Source: an uncultured Alphaproteobacteria bacterium (lineage in GTDB: Bacteria > Pseudomonadota > Alphaproteobacteria > Sphingomonadales > Sphingomonadaceae). From it: a stretch of 64,000 nucleotides of DNA. Positions 9,946-19,893 of this stretch are shown one piece after another. Position 1 is the stretch's first letter. Every line of letters begins with the position of its first letter. Under the pieces are notes generated by a model, which did not search any database, was not told where the DNA came from, and saw nothing but the letters and a program-made list of their open reading frames with translations. The DNA is taken from NCBI GenBank assembly GCA_963736595.1, contig CAVTPG010000001.1, positions 91,284 through 155,283 on the forward strand, written 5' to 3'. The translations under genes and the position numbers were made by a program.

Positions 9946-11818
9946 ATGGCAAATTACGATATCCTTGTTGTCGGCGGCGGTCACGCCGGCGTGGAAGCGG
10001 CTGCGGCTGCTGCGCGCATGGGTGCGCGGGTAGGGTTGGTCAGCTTCGATCTCGACGCTATCGGCGCGATGAGCTGCAATCCCGCAATCGGCGGTTTGGG
10101 CAAAGGGCATCTGGTTCGCGAAGTCGATGCCTTCGATGGATTGCTAGGCCGTGCGGCCGATGCTTCTGCGATCCATTACCGAATGCTAAACCGCTCCAAA
10201 GGATCCGCTGTTTGGGGGCCACGCATTCAAGCCGACCGCGTATTGTTCAAAGCCGCCGTGCAGGCAATGCTGAAAACGCAGGGCGATCTTTCGCTGATAC
10301 AGGGCGAAGCCACGGAGCTGATCCTGAACGGCGATCGTATCGGCGGATTGTGCCTTGCCGATGGCACGCAATTGCAAGCGAAAGCCGTAATCCTTTGCAC
10401 CGGGACATTTCTGGGTGGCATTCTATATCGCGGTGAAGAGCGTTTGACCGGTGGCCGGATCGGCGAGGATTCCGCACAGCGCCTGGCCGCACAAATGCGC
10501 GAAGTCAGCTTGCCGCTCGCGCGACTGAAGACCGGGACACCACCGCGTCTTGACGGGCGCACGATCGATTGGGCGAAGCTGCCCGAACAACCGAGCGACA
10601 GCGACCAATGGACCATGTCGCCCATGACGCCGCATCGCGTGAACCCGCAGGTGTTTTGCGCGGTGACGCGGACCAATGCCCGTGCGCATGATTTGATTCG
10701 CAAGAACCTTGACCGCTCGCCCTTGTTCAGCGGTGCTATCGATGCGCAGGGGCCGCGATACTGCCCTTCGATCGAGGATAAAATTCACCGCTTCGGTGAC
10801 CGCGATGGCCATCAGGTGTTTCTGGAACCGGAGGGCCTATCCACACATATGATCTATCCCAACGGGATCAGCACGTCGCTGCCGGTCGATGTGCAGCTTG
10901 GGATGCTGCGCTGTATGGATGGCTTGGAAGCGGTCGAGATGGTGGTTCCGGGCTATGCGGTCGAGTATGATCACATCGATCCGCGCTCGCTGAATGCTGG
11001 GCTGGAGATGGAGGGTGTCGCAGGACTCTATTGCGCAGGGCAGATCAACGGCACGACGGGCTACGAAGAGGCTGCGGCGCAGGGCCTGATTGCGGGCAGC
11101 AACGCGGCAGCAAAGGTGATGGGACGTGAGGCACCACCAATCGATCGCAGCAATTCTTATATGGCGGTGATGGTCGACGATTTGACGCTGCACGGTGTGT
11201 CGGAACCGTACCGGATGTTGACTGCGCGGGCCGAGTATCGGCTGCGATTGAGGGCGGGCAATGCCAGCACGCGATTGACTGCAATGGGCATTGAGGCCGG
11301 ATGTGTCGGTGATGAACGTGCGGAGTGGTTCAAGCGCCGCGAAGACGAGCGAACAGGATTGGAAGTCGCTTATGGACACACAAGTCGGCGCGAAGGAGCT
11401 TGCCGAAAAGGGCTTCGATGTAAAGCGCGACGCTGGAAATAAGCCGCTCTCCGAATGGGTCGCAATGGGCAAACTCGACGCCACCGACGTTACGCAATGG
11501 TCGGATCGAACCTTCGATGCCGAGAGCGAGCTTGCCACCGAGATTATGGAAGATGCCAGCTACGCGCCCTATTTGGCACGACAGGATTCCGAGCTGAAAG
11601 ATCTGCGCGCGAGTGCATCGGTCGCGATCGGCAGCCAGTTTCCCTATGCGCAAGTTCCGGGGCTCTCGAATGAAATGGTTGAGCGCTTAAGCGCAGCACG
11701 ACCCGCAACATTGGCCGATGCGGGGCGCGTTTCGGGCATCACGCCAGCAGCAATGGCTGCGCTTCTAGTGTTCGCTCGGCGATTGCAGGACGAAGTAAAA
11801 AGCGGTGAAGCAGCTTGA
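9946..11818 (+). CDS. mnmG: tRNA uridine-5-carboxymethylaminomethyl modification enzyme MnmG, +1 frameshift near 11345-11372
   Basis: [44 protein letters not shown]. The C-terminus (VPGLSNE..RP.T..GITPAA) is in the next frame; removing one base gives ~623 aa. Confidence 0.95.
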
Positions 11819-12429
11819 TATTGACGACTGAAGCAGAGGCACGCGCTTACGTAGCGGAGCAAACCGACGCCGCGACAATGGAAAAGCTGGAACTATTTGT
11901 AGGCTTGTTAAAAAAAGAGAACCAGCAGCAAAATCTGGTTTCGCGCGGATCGCTCGAACATATTTGGCTCCGACATATAGCCGATTCGGCGCAACTGCTG
12001 CGCTTTGTTCCACGTGGAACGTCTTGGCTTGATCTCGGAAGTGGCGCAGGCTTGCCGGGTGTAATTCTATCGCTGCTGAGGCCACAAGATACTGTTACTC
12101 TTGTAGAATCCAGAACAAAGCGTATCGAATGGCTTGAGCGAATTGTAACAGAATTGACTCTGCCAAATTGTGACATTCGCGGGGATCGATTGGAAAATCT
12201 TGATACGACCAAAGTCGGGGCGATCAGCGCAAGAGCATTCGCGCCTCTGCCTCGACTCATCCAATTGGCGGAACGGTTCTCCACAAAAGACACCATCTGG
12301 GTCTTGCCGAAAGGCCGATCTGCGATAGAAGAGTTAGATAGCTTGCCAAAGCGGTTAAAAAATCTGTTTCACGTGGAACAATCGCTGACAAGCGAAAATG
12401 CGGGAATTTTGGTCGGAACAGGCCTCTAA
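11815..12429 (+). CDS. rsmG: 16S rRNA m7G527 methyltransferase
   Basis: NLVS, RHIADS, DLGSGAGLPG, SARAF; mnmG-rsmG-parA synteny. Confidence 0.96.
   Translation: MILTTEAEARAYVAEQTDAATMEKLELFVGLLKKENQQQNLVSRGSLEHIWLRHIADSAQLLRFVPRGTSWLDLGSGAGLPGVILSLLRPQDTVTLVESRTKRIEWLERIVTELTLPNCDIRGDRLENLDTTKVGAISARAFAPLPRLIQLAERFSTKDTIWVLPKGRSAIEELDSLPKRLKNLFHVEQSLTSENAGILVGTGL
12006..12021. promoter_or_regulatory. parS site inside rsmG
   Basis: TGTTCCACGTGGAACG, identical to 9879-9894. Confidence 0.9.
12365..12380. promoter_or_regulatory. parS site inside rsmG
   Basis: TGTTTCACGTGGAACA, 15/16 match to TGTTTCACGTGAAACA. Confidence 0.9.
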
Positions 12430-12453
12430 GGGCCAGAAATGCGATGATTTAAG

Positions 12454-13236
12454 ATGATCACTATCGCAATCGCGAACCAAAAAGGCGGTGTTGGAAAAAC
12501 GACGACTGCGATCAATATCGCAACCGCCATGGCCGCAACAGGCTGGAAAACCTTACTTATTGACCTTGATCCGCAAGGGAATGCGTCGACCGGGTTGGGC
12601 ATACGCTCGGACGATCGCGCGATTTCCAGTTATGATCTTCTGGTCAATGGAGCAAAAGCTGCTGATTGTGCACGACCCTCGGAAGTTCCGAACCTCGACG
12701 TCATTCCGGCAACCGTCGATCTGAGCGGTGCAGAGGTTGAGCTTGTGACCGTTGAGAACCGCACGTCGCGGCTGACGGAAGCGCTCAACAAGTCCGGCGG
12801 AATGCCGCATGACGTATGCTTCATCGACTGTCCGCCATCGCTTGGGCTTTTGACGCTGAACGCTTTGAGTGCCGCCGATACTCTGCTCGTCCCGCTTCAG
12901 TGCGAATTTTTTGCACTTGAAGGGCTAAGTCAGCTTTTGCAGACGGTCGAGCGCGTTCAGCAGCGCTTTAACGCCGATTTGGGCATAATTGGCATCGTTT
13001 TGACCATGTTCGACCGCCGAAATCGCCTGACTGACCAAGTTGCGGACGATGTGCGCGATTGTCTGGGCAAGCTGGTATTCGATGCCGTTATTCCGCGCAA
13101 TGTGCGTCTGTCGGAAGCGCCCAGCCATGGGCTTCCCGCGCTAATTTACGACCATAGCTGTACGGGAAGCCGCGCATATATGGCGCTGGCCAGCGAACTC
13201 ATCACCCGTCTGCCAAAAACGAGGATAGCCGCATGA
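12454..13236 (+). CDS. parA: chromosome partitioning ATPase ParA
   Basis: NQKGGVGKTTT, DLDPQGNA, DCPPSLG, IPRNVRLSEAPSHG. Confidence 0.97.
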   Translation: MITIAIANQKGGVGKTTTAINIATAMAATGWKTLLIDLDPQGNASTGLGIRSDDRAISSYDLLVNGAKAADCARPSEVPNLDVIPATVDLSGAEVELVTVENRTSRLTEALNKSGGMPHDVCFIDCPPSLGLLTLNALSAADTLLVPLQCEFFALEGLSQLLQTVERVQQRFNADLGIIGIVLTMFDRRNRLTDQVADDVRDCLGKLVFDAVIPRNVRLSEAPSHGLPALIYDHSCTGSRAYMALASELITRLPKTRIAA

Positions 13237-14213
13237 GCAATGCCTACGAACCGATCCGCTTGTCTGGTGCAAAGCCGGGTGCGATCGACCGCAAACGAAA
13301 ATTGGGCAAGGGTTTGGGCGCGCTATTGGGTGAAACCCGACGTGAAGAGCCGCTTGCGCACGGTCGCGCTGATGATAGCGTTACGAACCAGTCGGATATG
13401 CCGACTGACGGCGCATTAATCCATGTCCCGATCGCCGATATAACGCCGCTGCCGGGTCAGCCACGCACGCATTTCGACGAAGATTCGCTGAACGAGCTGG
13501 CCGCCTCGATTGCAGCGCGAGGCGTTATTCAGCCAATCCTCGTTACGCCGCTGACCAAGGGCAAATATCAACTTGTTGCGGGTGAGCGACGTTGGCGCGC
13601 GGCGCAGCGTGCCAAGTTGCACGAAATTCCCGCCGTCGTGCGCTCACTCGATATGCGCGAGATCATGGCTCTGGCGCTGATCGAAAATTTGCAGCGCGAA
13701 GATTTGAACCCGCTGGAAGAAGCGCGCGCTTATAATCGCCTGGCCGATCAAGATGGATTGACCCAGTCTGAAATTGCCAAGCTGGTCGATAAATCACGCA
13801 GCCATGTCGCGAATATTCAGCGCCTGTTGGCTTTACCTGATGATGTGCAGGAGATGGTCGGCAATGGCGCGCTGTCGATGGGCCATGCGCGAGCGTTAAT
13901 CGGCCATGATCGGGCGAGCGAGTTGGCGCGCGATGCTATTGCCGATAATCTTTCGGTTCGCGATGTTGAAAAGCGTGTGCGGCAATCGAAGAAACCCTCG
14001 CGCAATAACGATACAAATCGGCAGAAAACTGGCGAAAATGCGCCGGATAATGCGGATATTGCCGCCGTGCAATCGCATTTGGAAGAGTTTTTGGGACTTT
14101 CGGTCAAGATCAAAACCGATGCCGATCCCAGCAAAGGCTCCGTCGCGATTTCCTACCGCACACTTGATCAGCTTGATCTGATTTGCCAGCGTTTAACCGG
14201 CGGAAATCTCTAA
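13233..14213 (+). CDS. parB: chromosome partitioning protein ParB
   Basis: LGKGLGALL, QPR, AGERRWRA, ENLQREDL, HTH. Confidence 0.97.
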   Translation: MSNAYEPIRLSGAKPGAIDRKRKLGKGLGALLGETRREEPLAHGRADDSVTNQSDMPTDGALIHVPIADITPLPGQPRTHFDEDSLNELAASIAARGVIQPILVTPLTKGKYQLVAGERRWRAAQRAKLHEIPAVVRSLDMREIMALALIENLQREDLNPLEEARAYNRLADQDGLTQSEIAKLVDKSRSHVANIQRLLALPDDVQEMVGNGALSMGHARALIGHDRASELARDAIADNLSVRDVEKRVRQSKKPSRNNDTNRQKTGENAPDNADIAAVQSHLEEFLGLSVKIKTDADPSKGSVAISYRTLDQLDLICQRLTGGNL

Positions 14214-14224
14214 ACCACACGCAG

Positions 14225-14239
14225 TTAACGTGAAATTAG
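14225..14239. promoter_or_regulatory. CtrA-like box upstream of forward operon of the CapB/CapC locus
   Basis: TTAA-CGTGAAA-TTAG (reverse strand CTAA-N7-TTAAC). Confidence 0.5.
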
Positions 14240-14318
14240 GCATATTTTGGCACTCCGCGTCCTAGCCCACTGAAATTCGCCCGTATAAGCGAAGTCAAGG
14301 CCGAGGACTGGTCGCTAC

Positions 14319-16917
14319 GTGCCGAAATTTCTGCCGCAATCTTTGAAACAGCGGGCCGACGAGTTGCGGCCGTTCGTGATTGCGGTGCTGGTGGCGGTCA
14401 TTTTTACGTATCTCAGCGGTACGGCTGTGTTTCGTATCGCCGATGGCTTGATGTTCGATGCTGCATCCACGCGCGCTGCTCCGCAAACCCCGAGAGTGCT
14501 ACTAATCGAACAGGACGCAGCCTTTGAGAGCATGGGCGGTGCGAAATACGATCGCTTGGTCCAAAGCGCAGCGAGAGCCGGGATCACACGCATTGGATTT
14601 GCGCAGGCTCCGCGTGACTGGGTGGGCAGCGACGACAACAAGCCCGCCATACCTGTTGTGGTCGGGATGCCAGCTCAGCGGAAACTAGGGGGCGATGTCT
14701 GGTCGCTCGATCCTGAACTGCGCACTCGCCTACCCAAAGCGGTGCAGCCGGCAGCAAGTGTGATCGCAGCATCCGATTACGGCATCTATCGGCGTCAAAT
14801 TACGGCTTTATCGACTGAGGATCGATTAATACCGACATTCGAAGCCGCGTTGTCTGGACGCGCCGTCGAAAGTCGATCATTTTTATGTCCAGATGTCCCG
14901 CGATCAAAGCATCCCGCGAGCGAACGCCTCACAGATGATTGCTGGAGATTTCAGACAAGGAAGTTTTGCAGGGATGGTGGCAGTCGTCGAACCCTCCAAG
15001 CAGCTACGGGAGCGCCGCTTTACCACGCCATTGACACCGCTAAGCCAAACCACCAGCGCCAGTGTATTTCGTGCCAATATGGTTCAGAACTTCCTTGATG
15101 GTAGGGCTGCACATAGTCTCGCGGCGTGGCAAAACTTCCTGCTTGTCATGGTTAGCGCCATGATCGCGGTGCTGGCTTTGCGATCGGTCGATGCCAAGCG
15201 GGTTGTGCTGTTCGTCATAGGCATCGGTGCGATATTGGTCATGGGGGCCGGATGGCTCGCTCTGACCATTATCAGCGCAGTTTTGCCCGTCTCGGCAATG
15301 CTGGGCGCGCTTTTGGTATCCGCCGCCACAATGGTTCTGTTGCGGGAGCATTCGCAGGATGACCGCCTGAAATCCGTCCTGGAGCGGGCAATCGGCTTCT
15401 CTTATTCGCGGTCGATACTAAACGAGCAAGCGCACCTGTCGCATTTCGTAACTGCTGCCGCTCGCAATTTGGCAATTGATAACAGCGCCGTGTTTCAATT
15501 TCGCGGTGATGGAGAGCCGCTTTACAAAGAAAACTTCGGATTTACGCCGCATGAAATGCCGGATGAAAAAACCCTTCGATTACTTTCCAAGCGCACAAAA
15601 CGAACCGGAACGGTGATCGATGTCAGCAATAAGATCTCGTCAAGAACCGAAACGAGCCACTATATAACGCGGCTTGATAATGCCGATGTGCCAACGTTCT
15701 GGTTCTTTTCAGTCAACGAAAGCGGAGATCCGGCGGCGCTTAAGCGCATCACCGATCAGGCGCAGGATATCGCCAAAACTTACGCGCGGTTTTATCGCTG
15801 GCGCGCTGATTTGTCCGCCAGCGACAGCCATGCGCGCCGGTTTCAGCCGATTGATCGGCAGATCGCCAGCGCCGCGTCGCTGATTTCCACGCAATCGGAG
15901 CAAATGCGCGAGGGGATCGAACACCTTAATACTGCGGTTGCAATTTATCACGTGGGCGGCTTTCCGGTTCATGCCAATGCGGCGATGCAAAATCTGTATG
16001 GCGATGCGGAATTGAACCTTGCGCGGGCGTCGCTGAGCGAGGCCTTGCTTACGCTGACCACATTGGAAGAAGAAGCCGTGCAGCTCCTGATCCATGACTT
16101 AATCGTTTCCGGCAGAGAAGTGCGCGTACCTGCCCGAGAATTTACTGCCAAACAGCGCATTTTGCGCATCGCAACACATCGCGATGAGACGCCTGACAAG
16201 GGTTGGCTGAACCTCATTATACTGGAAGCGCTCGACATTTCAGAGTTAAATAAGCTGGCCAATTTGCGCCATGCGGTCGGAAATTTCGTCGATAAGCAGC
16301 TTCGCAATGATTTGGAGGCGCTGGAATTCGGGGCCGATGTCGCCTTGTCGCACGCGGCAGAGATGCCTGGCCTAACCAAAGTGTTGAACCGGATACGCGA
16401 CGTTTCGCAGCGGGCGACCGGACGCCTGGATCAGGTTGCAAGTCTGCTTGACGATGCCAGCGGCACGAATCTTGAAGTTTGCTATCCAATTGACGCGCGT
16501 AAGGTGGTCGAGGATGCGTTTGAGCGCGTGCGGAATAAGGCAGAGGATTTCGAAGTCGATGTGGCGCTCGACCTGCCGGGAATCAGCGGCTTTACGATGG
16601 CCGAACCGCAGGTTTTGCTCGAAACGATAGAAGCCATGATGAACGTCGTTATTGCGGACACGCCACATGGTGGGTCGATGCGAGTATCATTGCATGAAGA
16701 GCGCGACAGTTCGCGGCTCGAAGTAACGGGCGGCATCGGCATTCCGTTCGAGCGGCTGATTGCGGCTTTCGATGCCGGGCAAAGTGAAGTTCCGGACGAG
16801 TTTCACGCCATTTCCATCGGTATCGCCAACGCGATCACATGGAAGGGGCAAGTCAGTTATTGGAGTTCCGTCGGCAAGGGCTATCGGTTCGTTATAAAAT
16901 TGCGGCGGGTTGGATGA
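14319..16917 (+). CDS. CHASE2-like membrane sensor with degenerate histidine-kinase core, +1 frameshift at T5 run 14880-14884
   Basis: N-terminal TM, periplasmic region (DGLMFD..PRVLLIEQD), three further TMs, PAS-like segment (VHANAAM), H-box-like VDKQLRNDL, C-terminal SSVGKGYRFVIKL; ~865 aa after removing one T. Confidence 0.7.
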
Positions 16918-17300
16918 TGGCGGCGCGAATACTGATTGTGGACGACGACGATCTGCTGTGCGAGATGTTGCAGGCGATGCTGGAAATGCACGGCTATGCC
17001 GTTGCAATTGCTGCCGATGGCGAGGCAGGCCTGAAATTGCTGGCTGAACAAGCGATCGATCTGGTCATTCTGGATCTCGTCATGCCCCGCATGGATGGAT
17101 TGCGTTTTTTGCGGGAGCTGCCCGACAGGATTGCCAATCCGCCGCCGATATTGATGGCTTCAGCTTCGGCAACCCCACAAATGCAGGCGCTTCACACCAA
17201 TTCGGGAGTGGCCGGAATCATCCGCAAGCCGGTGAAGTCGCAGATTTTGCTGGAAACCATCGAAACGGTGCTAGCCAAGCGGAATTCAATCGGCGCATAA
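16914..17300 (+). CDS. single-domain (CheY-like) response regulator
   Basis: ILIVDDD, LDLVMPRMDG, SA, KP; ATGA overlap with upstream stop. Confidence 0.93.
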   Translation: MMAARILIVDDDDLLCEMLQAMLEMHGYAVAIAADGEAGLKLLAEQAIDLVILDLVMPRMDGLRFLRELPDRIANPPPILMASASATPQMQALHTNSGVAGIIRKPVKSQILLETIETVLAKRNSIGA

Positions 17301-17313
17301 AGCACGCGCCACT

Positions 17314-19893
17314 ATGACTATTCCATTATTTCCCGAAGGCGGCCTTGCCAGCTCGGTCATCACGACCGTGTGGGTTGGCGTGTTCGTGCTGTGCTTCTTC
17401 AATTTGCGTTTCGGATGGGTTTTATCAGGGCTGGTCGTGCCGGGATACCTCGTGCCGCTGCTGATCATAAAGCCGCTGGCAGCGGGAATTATCGTCGTCG
17501 AAGCGGTGCTGACTTTCCTGCTCGTCTGGGTGTTTTCGGAAAAGATCGGCAAGGGCCGCTGGCCCGCTTTATTCGGGCGCGACCGGTTTATGGGGCTGAT
17601 TTTGGCTAGCATCGCGGTGCGGTTGACGCTGGACGGGTTCGCCTTGCCGGTGCTGGCTGACTGGCTGGCCGAAAACTGGAATCAGGAGCTTGACTGGCGC
17701 AGCGATTTGCAAAGTTTTGGACTGGTGATTGTGTCGCTGCTGGCCAACCAGTTTTGGAAGCCGGGGCTTACGCGCGGATTGTTCGCGATGATTGTCACGG
17801 TCGGGCTGACACTGTTAATCGTGCGGTACGGATTGATGGAATTCACCAATTTCAGGATCAGCGGCGTGTCCTACTTGTATGAGGGGCTGGCCAGTTCGAT
17901 CCTCGCCAGCCCCAAAGCCTATATGATTTTGGTGCTGACTGCGATGTATGCCAGTCATATGAATGTTAAATACGGGTGGGATTTTTCGGGCATCCTGATC
18001 CCGGCTTTGATCGCGCTGCAATGGTATCAGCCGACCAAAATCCTGACATCTTTTATCGAAGCCGGCATCATCTATTTGATTGCGATTGCCGTCCTGAAAC
18101 TGCCGATTTTCGCCAATAGGACGATGGAGGGAGGCCGCAAACTGCTGCTCTTTTTCAACATCAGTTTTGCTTACAAGCTGATCCTAGGGCATCTGCTGGT
18201 TCTGTTTGCGGTCGAGGTGAAAACAACGGACCTGTATGGGTTCGGATATTTGCTGGCGACGCTGATTGCAATCAAGGCGCATGATAAGCAGATATTCCCG
18301 CGCTTGATGCGAACGACATTGCAGGTTTCACTGGTGGGAGCAGTCGCGGGAAACCTTTTTGGTTTGTTTTTATCAACCGTTCTGCCAGTTGCAGGGGCCA
18401 ATCTGGCAAATGCGCGCATCACGGAAACCCCTTCCAGCGTGAGTGCCGAAAAGCAGTTGGCAGCTTCTGCGATCGGCAATGCCTATCTACAGCGGTGGCA
18501 GGGTGGAGCCGCGCCTATCAGCCGTCAGTCAGCCGATACGTTAACCGATCTGGTGCGATTACTGGAAGCTGGGTTGCCGCCAGTCGAGGCTAATGCGCGG
18601 GCCAGCGCAAGCGGATGGCAAGTCGTGACGTTACCGGGAAATGTCATTGCGATCATGCGTTCGGATGGGTTGGGCGGCGACTTACTGCTGCATTATCCAT
18701 CGAGCCGTGGAGCGATCGCAATCAACGCACCACGTCCGGCAAGCGCGCCTGGAACCGCGATGGCGGCCTTTGCTTTGCGCGTAAATCAGGATGCCCGTTG
18801 GCTGGTTTTAAGCGCGCCCATTCAACCCGAAGCGATCGGTCAACCCTCGGTACTGGCAGCATTCCGTTCAGGCAGCAGCTTGCCGGAATTGGATATCATA
18901 GCCGCGACGAACAGTAACTTTGCGATAGCGCAGCCCATAGTCGAGGTTGCTGGGCGGTCTGCAGCGGACATCGATATTCAAGCGCTGCGTGCGGCGATCC
19001 CGTCGCTTCAAGTGCGTTTCTCGCCTAGCGACACGACCGAAAATACGCGCGGCGATGGCGCTGTTATTCGCTTGCCCAAAGCCGATATTGCGCGATTGGC
19101 ATCCAGTCTGTCGCCCACTAGTCCGCAAAGCGCAGGCCGCTGTACCGTCAGTGCCCTCGCACCGGGCGCACAGCCGATTAAGGACATGGCCGATCTGGCA
19201 TTCCTTCGCGGAGAAGTGGCCGAGCCGGTCTTGTCCGCCATATCAGGCGAGCCGATTCCGGAGACATCGCGGATTGCGGCGCAATGGTTGGGGCTTGGCC
19301 TGAATGACTGTATCGATGATGATGGAGCGCCGCTGTGGCATCTGGCCTCGGATTTGCGGAGCGCCGGGCATTATTTCTTCGCACCCGGCCTTGCAACCGG
19401 GCGGATCGTCCACGGCTTTGCCGACGCGCAGACCGAAGGCGATGATGCCTCGCAATTCGACCGGAATGCCGTCCGCACAGCACGCGATTTCCGGCGAAAC
19501 TGGGGTGCCGGGATCGCAATGATCGCGCCAACCCAACAGGATTACGGCGGCTCGCAAATGACGGCATTCGGCGTCATCAATCAAAGCGCCATTCGCGCGC
19601 TTGGCAATCGCCCCGGTGCAATCGTCCAGCTTCGGACCCCGCCAAGCGCCGCCGATCTGAAGATTGCGCAAGGCTCTGCTTATGTCCTGTCCGGGCGGAT
19701 CCAGCGGAGCGATACTCTTGCCGACGAGGTCGAAGCGGCTTTGCGGAGCGGGGGCTACGATGTGTCGCGAATTGCGCGGCAGCAAGGGACCGCCGGGATC
19801 GAAGCGCCGCCGGAAAATTCGCTGCGCTATGTGTCGCAATCACGCAACAAACGCTATGCCGTTGTCCTGATCCCCGCAGAGCAAGCGCCATGA
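17314..19893 (+). CDS. PgsC/CapC-family polytopic membrane protein (two CapC repeats) with large C-terminal extracytoplasmic domain
   Basis: SGLVVPGYL..LFGRDRF..SFGLVIVSLLANQFWKPGL resembles B. subtilis PgsC (AGLVVPGYL..LYGRRKF..GIGIIVPGLIANTIQKQGL); second repeat SGILIPALI..EGGRKL..GFGYLLATLIA. Confidence 0.85.
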   Translation: MTIPLFPEGGLASSVITTVWVGVFVLCFFNLRFGWVLSGLVVPGYLVPLLIIKPLAAGIIVVEAVLTFLLVWVFSEKIGKGRWPALFGRDRFMGLILASIAVRLTLDGFALPVLADWLAENWNQELDWRSDLQSFGLVIVSLLANQFWKPGLTRGLFAMIVTVGLTLLIVRYGLMEFTNFRISGVSYLYEGLASSILASPKAYMILVLTAMYASHMNVKYGWDFSGILIPALIALQWYQPTKILTSFIEAGIIYLIAIAVLKLPIFANRTMEGGRKLLLFFNISFAYKLILGHLLVLFAVEVKTTDLYGFGYLLATLIAIKAHDKQIFPRLMRTTLQVSLVGAVAGNLFGLFLSTVLPVAGANLANARITETPSSVSAEKQLAASAIGNAYLQRWQGGAAPISRQSADTLTDLVRLLEAGLPPVEANARASASGWQVVTLPGNVIAIMRSDGLGGDLLLHYPSSRGAIAINAPRPASAPGTAMAAFALRVNQDARWLVLSAPIQPEAIGQPSVLAAFRSGSSLPELDIIAATNSNFAIAQPIVEVAGRSAADIDIQALRAAIPSLQVRFSPSDTTENTRGDGAVIRLPKADIARLASSLSPTSPQSAGRCTVSALAPGAQPIKDMADLAFLRGEVAEPVLSAISGEPIPETSRIAAQWLGLGLNDCIDDDGAPLWHLASDLRSAGHYFFAPGLATGRIVHGFADAQTEGDDASQFDRNAVRTARDFRRNWGAGIAMIAPTQQDYGGSQMTAFGVINQSAIRALGNRPGAIVQLRTPPSAADLKIAQGSAYVLSGRIQRSDTLADEVEAALRSGGYDVSRIARQQGTAGIEAPPENSLRYVSQSRNKRYAVVLIPAEQAP

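Noticed and set aside
11291-11818. Separate 175-aa gene
   Set aside because: It is the frameshifted C-terminus of mnmG
14248-14266. Sigma-54 promoter (TGGCAC) before the locus
   Set aside because: No GC at the required -12 spacing
14319-15098. Independent 259-aa protein
   Set aside because: It is the N-terminal part of the sensor; sequence past ~14885 is out-of-frame read-through
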